Of a DNA stretch of 64,000 nt, positions 55,971-64,000 are shown piece after piece. Positions within the stretch are counted from its first letter, which is position 1; the number at the start of each line of letters is the position of its first letter. The notes beneath the pieces were generated by a model. That model did no database searches, was not told where the DNA came from, and saw nothing but the letters and a program-made list of their open reading frames with translations. Source of the stretch: an uncultured Gammaproteobacteria bacterium (lineage in GTDB: Bacteria > Patescibacteriota > Patescibacteriia > UBA9934 > CAZDDW01); contig OZ246408.1 of NCBI GenBank assembly GCA_965231015.1, positions 147,755 through 211,754 on the forward strand, in the 5' to 3' direction. Made by a program: the position numbers and the translations under genes.

Positions 55971-58649
55971 ATGCCAAAGCCTGATATTCCAAAAGCATAC
56001 GAGCCTCAAGAGGTTGAGGACGGTATTTACACCGCCTGGGAAGCAAGCGGTTTCTTTAATCCGGATAATTTACCGGACGCGGATAAACAAAAGGATCCGT
56101 ATTGTATTGTTTTACCTCCGCCAAACGTAACCGGAACCCTTCACCTGGGGCATGCGGCCATGTTAGCCGTTGAAGACATTATGATTCGTTATGCTCGGAT
56201 GAAGGGGATGGATACTTTTTGGGTGCCTGGAACTGATCATGCCGCCATTGCTACTCAAACCAAAGTCGAGAAGTTGTTGCTTGAGGAAGGGTATGATGAC
56301 CCTCGAAAAGAACTCGGGCGCGAGAAATTTTTGGAACGAGTCAACAAATTTGCTCAGGAGTCACATGACACGATTGTAAACCAGACTAAAAAAATGGGTT
56401 CATCTTTGGATTGGTCACGCGAAGCGTTTACTTTGGATGAAGCTCGAACCAAAGCGGTACGAACCGTGTTTACCAAAATGTATGATGATGGATTGATTTA
56501 CCGCGGCGAGCGAATCGTAAACTGGTGCCCGCATTGTCGCTCCACCATTGCCGACGATGAAGTGGAATATAAGGAATCAGGAACCAAGCTTTACACTTTC
56601 AAGTATGACCATGACTTCCCAATTTCAATTGCCACTACTCGACCGGAAACAAAACTGGGCGACACAGCGGTAGCTGTGCACCCGGACGACGAACGGTATA
56701 AGCAATATGTTGGTCAAGAATTTGAAGTTGATTTTGTGGGACAGCCTCTCAAGATAAAAGTAATCGCTGATAAAGAAATCGATTCTGAATTTGGAACCGG
56801 AGCTTTAGGGGTTACCCCGGCTCACTCGCATGCGGACGCAGAAATGGCTCGTCAGAATGATTTGCAATCAGTTCAGGTGATTGGTGAAGATGGAGATATT
56901 GTTCCAGGGATTAAAGTGTTCGCTGGCCAGTCGGCTGAACAAGCTCGGGACAAAGTTGTTGATTATTTAAAAGAGCAGAACTTGCTTGAAGTTGAAGAAG
57001 ACATCATACACAACCTTTCAATCTGTTATCGTTGCAGCTCGGTGATCGAACCGTTGCCAAGCCGACAATGGTTTATTGATGTGAACAAGGAATTTAAATT
57101 GGTTCAATCTAAACGAGCTCCGCTTCAAGGATTAAAAAATGGAGAAACAGTGACGTTAAAAAAATTGATGCAACAGTCAGTGCGTTCCGGACAGATAGAA
57201 ATTATTCCGGATCGCTTTAACAAAACTTACTTCCACTGGATTGATAACTTGCGCGACTGGTGTATTAGCCGTCAGATTTGGTACGGCCACCGTATTCCGG
57301 TTTGGTATCGAGGAGAGGAAACCTATGTGGGAGTTGAAGAACCAGAGGGAGACGGCTGGGTTCAGGATCCAGACACCTTGGACACCTGGTTCAGTTCCGG
57401 ACTTTGGACCTTTTCGACTCTTGGCTGGCCGGATGACACCAACGAGTTCAAAAAATATCACCCAACGGCCGTGCTTGAAACTGGTTATGACATTTTATTT
57501 TTCTGGGTGGCGCGCATGATTCTGATGACTACCTACACGCTCGGAGAAGTACCGTTTGATAAAGTTTACTTGCACGGACTCATACGTGATGAACAAGGTA
57601 GAAAGATGTCCAAGTCGCTTGGTAACTCGATCGATCCGTTAGAAGTCAGTCAGAAATTTGGAACTGATGCCGTTCGGCTCGCTCTTGTGATTGGAACCAG
57701 CCCTGGGGCTGATACTAAGCTCTCGGAAGAAAAGATAGAAGGCTTTAGAAATTTTGCCAATAAACTTTGGAATATCTCACGTTTTGTGATGACGAGTGTG
57801 GATCAGGTTCAAAAGGTAGATCGAGTGGAACCAAAGACATTAGCTGATAAGTGGATTTTGTCGCGGCTTGATGAAGTGATTAAAACCGCCACCGCGCATT
57901 ATGAGAAGTACGAGTTCTCGCACGCTGGTGAATTGTTACGCGATTTTACCTGGAACGAGTTTGCGGATTGGTATTTGGAAATTGCCAAAGTGCAGATGAA
58001 AAACGACGACGTGCGACGTGCGACGTGCGACGCACTGCTTTACGTGTTGCGCCAGTTACTAATAATGTGGCATCCGATCATGCCATTTGTGAGCGAAGTG
58101 ATTTGGAAAAGTTTTCGAACCGATGATCAGGATTTCTTGATGATTCAGAGTTGGGCTAATCCAAAAGCCCTTAGCGAAAAAGAAGCAATAAAAGATTTTT
58201 CCTTACTACAAGAAACAGTAACCGCCATTAGAAATTTACGAGCCGAGTATCGAGTTGAACCATCCAAGAAAGTACCAGTGATTATTGCTAGTAAAAAATA
58301 CACTTCGTTTTATCGTGAGCAATCAGAGGCAATAAGACATTTGGCTCGAGTTAGCCCGATTGAGATTCAGGAGTCGGCTAATAAACCTGATGGAGCCGCC
58401 ACTGCCGTGGTTGGAAAAGTACAAATCTTTATGCCGCTTGAGGGAATTGTGGATGTTGAGAGGGAAAAGGCTCGGCTTGCCAAGGAACTTGATTCAGCCA
58501 AACAATATTTAGACTCGCTCAACAAAAAACTCGCGAACTCAAGTTTTGTGGACAAGGCTCCGGCTGAGCTTGTAGATGGTATTCGAACCAAACAAGCGGG
58601 AGCCGAGGAACGAGTATCAAAAATAGAATCACAATTAAAGTCACTTTAA
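55971..58649 (+). CDS. valS: valyl-tRNA synthetase
   Basis: PPPNVTGTLHLGHA (HIGH), KMSKSLGN, and a C-terminal coiled coil. Promoter TTGTCA-N17-TAAACT just upstream. Start at the internal Met of track ORF 55788. Confidence 0.9.
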   Translation: MPKPDIPKAYEPQEVEDGIYTAWEASGFFNPDNLPDADKQKDPYCIVLPPPNVTGTLHLGHAAMLAVEDIMIRYARMKGMDTFWVPGTDHAAIATQTKVEKLLLEEGYDDPRKELGREKFLERVNKFAQESHDTIVNQTKKMGSSLDWSREAFTLDEARTKAVRTVFTKMYDDGLIYRGERIVNWCPHCRSTIADDEVEYKESGTKLYTFKYDHDFPISIATTRPETKLGDTAVAVHPDDERYKQYVGQEFEVDFVGQPLKIKVIADKEIDSEFGTGALGVTPAHSHADAEMARQNDLQSVQVIGEDGDIVPGIKVFAGQSAEQARDKVVDYLKEQNLLEVEEDIIHNLSICYRCSSVIEPLPSRQWFIDVNKEFKLVQSKRAPLQGLKNGETVTLKKLMQQSVRSGQIEIIPDRFNKTYFHWIDNLRDWCISRQIWYGHRIPVWYRGEETYVGVEEPEGDGWVQDPDTLDTWFSSGLWTFSTLGWPDDTNEFKKYHPTAVLETGYDILFFWVARMILMTTYTLGEVPFDKVYLHGLIRDEQGRKMSKSLGNSIDPLEVSQKFGTDAVRLALVIGTSPGADTKLSEEKIEGFRNFANKLWNISRFVMTSVDQVQKVDRVEPKTLADKWILSRLDEVIKTATAHYEKYEFSHAGELLRDFTWNEFADWYLEIAKVQMKNDDVRRATCDALLYVLRQLLIMWHPIMPFVSEVIWKSFRTDDQDFLMIQSWANPKALSEKEAIKDFSLLQETVTAIRNLRAEYRVEPSKKVPVIIASKKYTSFYREQSEAIRHLARVSPIEIQESANKPDGAATAVVGKVQIFMPLEGIVDVEREKARLAKELDSAKQYLDSLNKKLANSSFVDKAPAELVDGIRTKQAGAEERVSKIESQLKSL

Positions 58650-58650
58650 T

Positions 58651-59679
58651 ATGTTTGAAAACTCATACGTTGTGGCCGGACTGATCGTAGTCGGATCAAT
58701 TGTCGTTGCACAGATCGTTGTCTGGACATTACCTCTTTTCAACAAGCTGGCCAGTAAATCAAAAACCAAACTGGACGACTATATTCTTAAAGCAATTGGA
58801 GCAGTAGTTCGGATGGCGGTTATGGTGGCCGGATTTTTTTATGCTTTGTGGTATTTATGGCCGGAAGCCATGATCGGAGCACATAAAGTGAGCGACCTTT
58901 ACATTGTGATTGGATTTATTTGGGGAGGATATGCTGTACGGAAAGTTATAAAGGCAATATTCGCTTGGTACACGGACGAGTTTAGCGATAAGGATCACAA
59001 AGGGGAGCAAACCATTTTTTCTTTTATTGATAGTTTGTCCGCGATTGGTATTTGGGCCATTATTATACTCTTAATCTTGCAACGCTTTGGAGTGGAGATT
59101 GGTCCGTTGTTGGCTGGTCTTGGGATTGCCGGTATTGCTTTAGCTTTTGGCCTACAAGATACGCTCAAAGGAATCTTTTCAGCACTTTACATTGCGGTTG
59201 ATCAACCATTGCGTATTAATGATTATGTGAAGCTGTCTGATGGAACAGAGGGTTTTGTTGATGATATTTCATGGCGTTCAGTTCGACTTAAAACTTTTGC
59301 CGAGAATGTAGTGGTCGTACCAAACAGTCAACTGGCCGACATGGTCATTACGAACTATCATATGCCACATGCTCGCACTGGACTGGTGGTTGGGTTTGGA
59401 GTTGCCTATGGAGCTGACCTTAAAAAAGTGGAAAAGATTGCACTTGAGGTAGCGGCCAGAGTGATGAAGGAAGTGGCCGGGATTGAAGACCATGAACCAG
59501 GCTTCCGGGTTGACTCCTTGGCTGATTCATCAATTAATTGTAAGGTCTCTGTAAGAGCGGAAAAGTATGCCAATCGTTTGGCTGTTCAAGGAGCAATTTT
59601 AACCGAGCTTTATAATGAGTTTAACAAAGCTAAAATCGAAATTCCGTATCCGAAGATGGATGTGCATATCGTAAAATAA
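58651..59679 (+). CDS. mechanosensitive ion channel, MscS family
   Basis: TM helices followed by the MscS beta-domain signature INDYVKLSDGTEGFVDDISWRSVRLKTFAENVVVVPNS. Confidence 0.8.
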   Translation: MFENSYVVAGLIVVGSIVVAQIVVWTLPLFNKLASKSKTKLDDYILKAIGAVVRMAVMVAGFFYALWYLWPEAMIGAHKVSDLYIVIGFIWGGYAVRKVIKAIFAWYTDEFSDKDHKGEQTIFSFIDSLSAIGIWAIIILLILQRFGVEIGPLLAGLGIAGIALAFGLQDTLKGIFSALYIAVDQPLRINDYVKLSDGTEGFVDDISWRSVRLKTFAENVVVVPNSQLADMVITNYHMPHARTGLVVGFGVAYGADLKKVEKIALEVAARVMKEVAGIEDHEPGFRVDSLADSSINCKVSVRAEKYANRLAVQGAILTELYNEFNKAKIEIPYPKMDVHIVK

Positions 59680-59680
59680 T

Positions 59681-60874
59681 ATGAAAGTTGATACTAACCA
59701 AGAAAAAATTGAAGAGTTATTAAACCGAGGGGTGGAGGCAGTGTATCCAACGCGGGAGTGGCTTAGTAATGAGCTTGCTTCTGGACGTCGATTAACCATT
59801 TATACCGGTTATGACCCAACCGCTGATAGTTTACATATCGGACACGGAATAACTTTGATGAAACTGAAGCAACTTCAGGATCTTGGTCACAAAATCATTA
59901 TGTTGATCGGGGATTTTACCGGCATGATTGGCGACCCGACCGACAAGACTGCGGCTCGAACCAATTTGACTCGGGATGAAGTGCTGGCTAACTATAAGAA
60001 CTACAAAAAGCAGGCCGCAAACGTACTGAGTTTTTCAGGCTCAAACAAGGTTGAGCTAAAGTATAACAGCAAGTGGCTTGGCAAGCTTAATTTAGAAGAT
60101 GCTCTTGAATTGGCTTCGCACTTTACCATGCAACAACTAGTGGAGCGTGACATGTTTCAAAAGCGACTTGAAGAAGAAAAGCCAATTTACATGCATGAAT
60201 TTATGTACCCACTTTTACAAGGTTATGATTCCGTAGCTATGGACGTGGACGGTGAGGTGGGAGGAAACGACCAGATGTTTAACATGATGGCTGGCCGAAC
60301 TTTAATGAAGGCCATGAAGGATAAAGAAAAGTTTGTACTGACCATGAAGTTGTTGGCCGACGAGAGTGGAAAGAAGATGGGGAAGAGTGAAGGGAACATG
60401 ATTGCTTTGTCTGACAGTCCGGAAGAAATGTATGGCAAAGTCATGAGCTGGACTGATGGTATGATCGTTCCTGGATTTGAACTTTGTACTATGGTTAGTG
60501 ACGAAGAAGTCGAGGCGGTACGTCAGGCCTTGGAAGCCGGTGAAAATCCACGCGACCACAAAATGAGGCTGGCCTATGAGATTGTGAAAGTTTGGCACGG
60601 TGAAAAAGGAGCTGAAGCAGGGAAAGAAAATTTTGCTAAGGTTATCCAGCAAGGCAACAAACCGGACGAGATTCCGGAAGTCGAAGTTTCCGTTCAAGAT
60701 ATCGTGAGCTTACTCGTGGAAACAGAACTTTGTACCAGCAAGTCTGACGCTCGTCGTAATATTGATGGCGGAGGAGTGAAAGTGAACGATGAGAAGGTTG
60801 ATTCGTATGAGCTTGAAGTTAGCTCCGGCGATGTGGTTCAGAAGGGCAAGCGTCATTTTGTGAAGATCAAATAA
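59681..60874 (+). CDS. tyrS: tyrosyl-tRNA synthetase
   Basis: YTGYDPTADSLHIGH (HIGH), KMGKS, and a C-terminal S4 domain. Confidence 0.9.
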   Translation: MKVDTNQEKIEELLNRGVEAVYPTREWLSNELASGRRLTIYTGYDPTADSLHIGHGITLMKLKQLQDLGHKIIMLIGDFTGMIGDPTDKTAARTNLTRDEVLANYKNYKKQAANVLSFSGSNKVELKYNSKWLGKLNLEDALELASHFTMQQLVERDMFQKRLEEEKPIYMHEFMYPLLQGYDSVAMDVDGEVGGNDQMFNMMAGRTLMKAMKDKEKFVLTMKLLADESGKKMGKSEGNMIALSDSPEEMYGKVMSWTDGMIVPGFELCTMVSDEEVEAVRQALEAGENPRDHKMRLAYEIVKVWHGEKGAEAGKENFAKVIQQGNKPDEIPEVEVSVQDIVSLLVETELCTSKSDARRNIDGGGVKVNDEKVDSYELEVSSGDVVQKGKRHFVKIK

Positions 60875-60877
60875 AAT

Positions 60878-62584
60878 ATGTATTCCATTTCCAAAGCCAA
60901 ACAACAGGTTTTAAAGGAGCTGAAAGTTGCTCTTGGAAAAACTCACGTACCAAGCGTGGATGAGTTGGAGCGACCGCCAGAGTCCGCCATGGGAGACTTG
61001 GCGTATCCTTGTTTTGCTTTGGCTAAAGGAATGAAACGAAATCCAAACGAGATCGCGACCGAGCTGGCGGCAAAAATCGGACCGAAGAATTTCATTAATA
61101 AGGTTGAAGCCAAAGGCCCGTATGTAAATTTTACTATGGATACAGCCAGTTTTGGCGACGCAGTACTAAAAGAGATAACAGTAGCTAAAGAAAAATACGG
61201 TCAGGCCACCTCTGGATCAAAAAAGAAAATTTTGGTCGAATACGCTGCACCAAACACCTTAAAAGAAATCCATGTCGGACATTTGCGGAATTTTGTACTT
61301 GGAAATGCTTATATTAAAATTCTGCGTGCCGCCGGCTATGAAGTGATCGCAGCATCATACATTAATGACCTTGGTTCTCACATTGCTAAAACTCTTTGGG
61401 CTATTAAAAAGTTTCATGCGGATGAGAAGCCGGAATCTCAGGATCGTCAAGAATTTTTAAACCAAGCTTATATTAAGGCAAACCAGTCTGAAGAAAAAGA
61501 TGAGAAGGTAAAAGGCGAGATCAGCGAGGTATACCGTGATCTTGAGTCGGGCAGTCGAAAGTGGCAGGCGCTATGGAAAAAGACACGTAAGTGGTCGCTT
61601 GATTATATTTTTAGTATTTTTAAAGAGTTGGGACTGGTTAAGGATGTTCAGTATTACGAGTCTGATCTCACAAAGCGGACTCATAAGATTGTCAATGAGC
61701 TTGTTAAAAAAGGAATCGCCAAAGAAAGTGAAGGTGCGATTATTGTTGATTTGGAAGAAGAAGGGCTGGGAGTCAATCTGCTCAAACGTAGTGACGGAAC
61801 TCTGCTTTATAACGCGAAGGATCTGGCTTTAGCAGAGCGCAAAGAAGATGATTATGCTCCTGATCGTTCGGTTTATGTGGTTGACGCTCGGCAGTCATTG
61901 GCTATGGATCAACTGTTTGCCACTTTGAAGCGCATGGGTTTTACCAAAAATTTACAGCATCTATCTTATGAGTTTGTAACGCTAAAAGAAGGAGCCATGG
62001 CTTCTCGAAAGGGCAACGTGATAAAGTACGAAGCTTTTCGAAATAAAATGATTGAGTTAGCAAAAGATGAAACAGTCAAAAGGCATCAAGACTGGGATGA
62101 AAAAAAGCTCAATAAAACCGCCGCATCAATTGCGTATGCTGCTATGAAGTTTCCCATGTTAAAACAGGATTTAGATAAAACAATTATTTTTGATATGGAG
62201 GAAGCGGTTAGTTTTGATGGATTTTCCGGGCCGTATATCCTATACACTATTTCTCGGGCTAACAGTATTCTAAAAAAGACCAAGTTGAAAGCTAAGGTCA
62301 AAGGTTCTGTCTACACAGACCCGGTCGAACACGAGTTGCTTGTTAAACTGGCTGAGTATCCAGAAATAATTTTAGGGATAGCCTCTAATAATCGTGTTTC
62401 CAGCCTACCTCATTTCTTATTTGAACTGGCTCAGACTTTTGCCGAATTTTATGAAAAAGTTCCAGTTCTTCAGGCTGAAGATGAAGAGGATGTCAAAGCT
62501 CGCCTGGCTTTGGTTGGTAGCCTAAAGCAGGTTTTGGAAAACGGATTGGCTTTGCTTGGAATTGATTCAGTTGAAGAGATGTAA
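60878..62584 (+). CDS. argS: arginyl-tRNA synthetase
   Basis: YAAPNTLKEIHVGHLRN (HIGH-like) and an anticodon-binding C-terminal domain. 568 aa. Confidence 0.9.
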   Translation: MYSISKAKQQVLKELKVALGKTHVPSVDELERPPESAMGDLAYPCFALAKGMKRNPNEIATELAAKIGPKNFINKVEAKGPYVNFTMDTASFGDAVLKEITVAKEKYGQATSGSKKKILVEYAAPNTLKEIHVGHLRNFVLGNAYIKILRAAGYEVIAASYINDLGSHIAKTLWAIKKFHADEKPESQDRQEFLNQAYIKANQSEEKDEKVKGEISEVYRDLESGSRKWQALWKKTRKWSLDYIFSIFKELGLVKDVQYYESDLTKRTHKIVNELVKKGIAKESEGAIIVDLEEEGLGVNLLKRSDGTLLYNAKDLALAERKEDDYAPDRSVYVVDARQSLAMDQLFATLKRMGFTKNLQHLSYEFVTLKEGAMASRKGNVIKYEAFRNKMIELAKDETVKRHQDWDEKKLNKTAASIAYAAMKFPMLKQDLDKTIIFDMEEAVSFDGFSGPYILYTISRANSILKKTKLKAKVKGSVYTDPVEHELLVKLAEYPEIILGIASNNRVSSLPHFLFELAQTFAEFYEKVPVLQAEDEEDVKARLALVGSLKQVLENGLALLGIDSVEEM

Positions 62585-62673
62585 TAAAAATTGTGTTCAA
62601 GCGTCGTTGACGAGACACGGTGTCGTGATAAAATGATCACGATATTTTTAAACCAATATATAACACGTTAAAT

Positions 62674-63057
62674 ATGGCAACACAAAGTTCACAACAGACC
62701 ATCATTGCTGAGGGTGTGAAGGTGGAAGGAGACTTCACAAGTCAAGGTTCTGTGGTCATTGAGGGGGAGGTTACCGGTTCAGTTAACACCAACGAGTTTC
62801 TACAAGTTGGAGAAAGTGCCCGGATTCACGCTGACGTCACAGCCGCTGATGCGGCCATTGCTGGTGAAATCAAAGGAAACATTCATGTTGGTGGAAGACT
62901 TGATTTAGCCGAGTCCTCCAAGGTTCATGGTGACGTTGAGGCCGAGGTTTTAACCGTCGCTGCCGGAGCGAAAATGAACGGAAAGGTGAGCATGGGTGGC
63001 GGTGCTACCAAGAAGGCTAAAAAAGAATCTTCGGCAACATCTGAAGAAAAAGAATAA
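62674..63057 (+). CDS. bactofilin-family cytoskeletal protein
   Basis: Repetitive beta-helical pattern GxVxGDV/EGEVTG, a DUF583-like core, and a Lys-rich tail. Confidence 0.65.
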   Translation: MATQSSQQTIIAEGVKVEGDFTSQGSVVIEGEVTGSVNTNEFLQVGESARIHADVTAADAAIAGEIKGNIHVGGRLDLAESSKVHGDVEAEVLTVAAGAKMNGKVSMGGGATKKAKKESSATSEEKE

Positions 63058-63066
63058 TCCGCTCTG

Positions 63067-63819
63067 ATGTATTATTACGTTTACGACGATTTTGTACAGG
63101 ATAAAAAACACGAGCGGGATTTATCGAGAATCGAGAACCGGTTGGCTGATTTGGGTATTGCTGGAAAGATTGCCCGGCTGGCACTTTTTAAACACGCGGA
63201 TGAGTTGATTATTGATGAGGTGCGTCGAGGGGTGAAAACAGTTATCGCGGTTGGGGATGATAGTACAATTTATAAAGTTTTTCCGGCTGTGGCTGAAAGT
63301 GGGGCCACCCTTGGGGTAATTCCTTTTGGCAAGCAAAATAGTTTGGCTAAGATTTTCGGTGTTCCAGAGGGGGTAGAGGCTTGTGATGTGATCGCCAATC
63401 GTATTACCGAAAAGCTTGACATCGGTCTTGTAAATGGAGAGCGGTTTTTAACCGGGGTAAAGTTTACAGGTGTGAAACCAGAAATTGTTTGTGATAAATC
63501 TTTTATTGTTACCCCAACGGAACCAACTGAGGTGGAGGTAAGAAATTTGATCGCTGGAGATGATGTTGTTTTAGATGATATTGCAGACCCTAAGGACGGT
63601 AAATTAGATCTCGTAGTAATGAATAAAAATAGAGGTGGTCTCTTTCGAAGAAAGAAAACAGCACCGGCAACCATTTTACCGATTAAGCGATTTGCTTTTG
63701 ATGGGAAGCGTGACGCTGTAGCAGAAGTTGATGGGCGAAAAGTTCGTGATGCCCGTTTTAGAATTCGTTTAGATGCCAAGAAAATCAAAGTGATTGTTGG
63801 AAAGGACAGGATGTTTTAG
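63067..63819 (+). CDS. diacylglycerol-kinase-catalytic-domain lipid kinase (YegS/BmrU-like)
   Basis: VIAVGDDSTI corresponds to the GGDGT nucleotide-binding motif of the DAGK_cat fold. Confidence 0.55.
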   Translation: MYYYVYDDFVQDKKHERDLSRIENRLADLGIAGKIARLALFKHADELIIDEVRRGVKTVIAVGDDSTIYKVFPAVAESGATLGVIPFGKQNSLAKIFGVPEGVEACDVIANRITEKLDIGLVNGERFLTGVKFTGVKPEIVCDKSFIVTPTEPTEVEVRNLIAGDDVVLDDIADPKDGKLDLVVMNKNRGGLFRRKKTAPATILPIKRFAFDGKRDAVAEVDGRKVRDARFRIRLDAKKIKVIVGKDRMF

Positions 63820-63871
63820 GTCTTGGTCTTGACAGGCGGTCTTTTTTTGTTTAAAATTCGGACACAATTTT

Positions 63872-63957
63872 GCGGTCGTGGTGGAATGGTAGACACGCTA
63901 GCTTGAGGGGCTAGTGGGCGCAAGCCTGTGAGAGTTCGAGTCTCTCCGACCGCACCA
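63872..63957 (+). tRNA. tRNA-Leu (anticodon GAG)
   Basis: GCGGTCGTGGTGGAATGGTAGACACGCTAGCTTGAGGGGCTAGTGGGCGCAAGCCTGTGAGAGTTCGAGTCTCTCCGACCGCACCA. Long variable arm. Promoter TTGACA-N17-TAAAAT upstream. Confidence 0.85.
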
Positions 63958-64000
63958 AAGAACCGTCAGTTTTGTCTGGTGGTTTTTTGTTTTGTTTAAT

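Noticed and set aside
1-64000. CRISPR arrays, integrases, transposases
   Set aside because: No regularly spaced direct repeats and no recognisable recombinase or transposase ORFs were found on either strand.

Overview
This 64-kb window comes from a compact, mostly low-GC (~42-48%) bacterial genome with hallmarks of Candidate Phyla Radiation/Patescibacteria: Lys-rich N-terminal extensions on housekeeping and surface proteins, a DUF4012 protein, a FemAB-family protein, many genes without a Shine-Dalgarno sequence, and TTGACA-N17-TGnTATAAT promoters.

The housekeeping backbone is clear:
- aminoacyl-tRNA synthetases: ileS (5'-truncated), trpS, valS, tyrS, argS
- other housekeeping: glmS, ruvA, uvrA, rnj, gmk, rluD-like, rplS, secG
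- a peptidase U32, an MscS channel, a bactofilin, a DAG-kinase-like protein
- a minus-strand sugar-transferase/GT4/DUF4012 envelope-glycan operon
- RNA genes: RNase P RNA (rnpB) and four tRNAs (Leu-CAG, Ile-UAU, Val-GAC, Leu-GAG)

Two accessory regions stand out.

(1) 45.36-48.45 kb holds a complete diversity-generating retroelement (DGR). The target gene has a C-terminal variable repeat (VR) and is followed by a 131-bp template repeat (TR). VR and TR differ at 23 positions, and every difference sits at a TR adenine. An inverted avd gene and an RT with the DGR-type IGNLTSQ motif follow. The RT is split by a +1 frameshift in a G10 tract. The whole cassette is bracketed by ~49-bp promoter-containing direct repeats.

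(2) 7.0-17.5 kb is a compositionally foreign island (~62-68% GC). It carries four SD-initiated ORFs of unknown function, three of which are followed by copies of the same ~37-nt nested hairpin motif. Next to it sits an orphan Avd-family four-helix-bundle gene enclosed by complementary UTR tracts. Two homologous promoter-to-terminator small RNA modules bracket the island, each followed by ~1 kb of ORF-free, hairpin-rich sequence. At the right end, a high-GC acidic-protein gene is flanked by perfect 115-bp direct repeats.

Other points: a 24-bp near-perfect palindrome occurs twice, and a DsbA-like oxidoreductase sits next to a Cys-rich secreted protein with a pilin-like helix pair. No rRNA, CRISPR array or integrase was seen.
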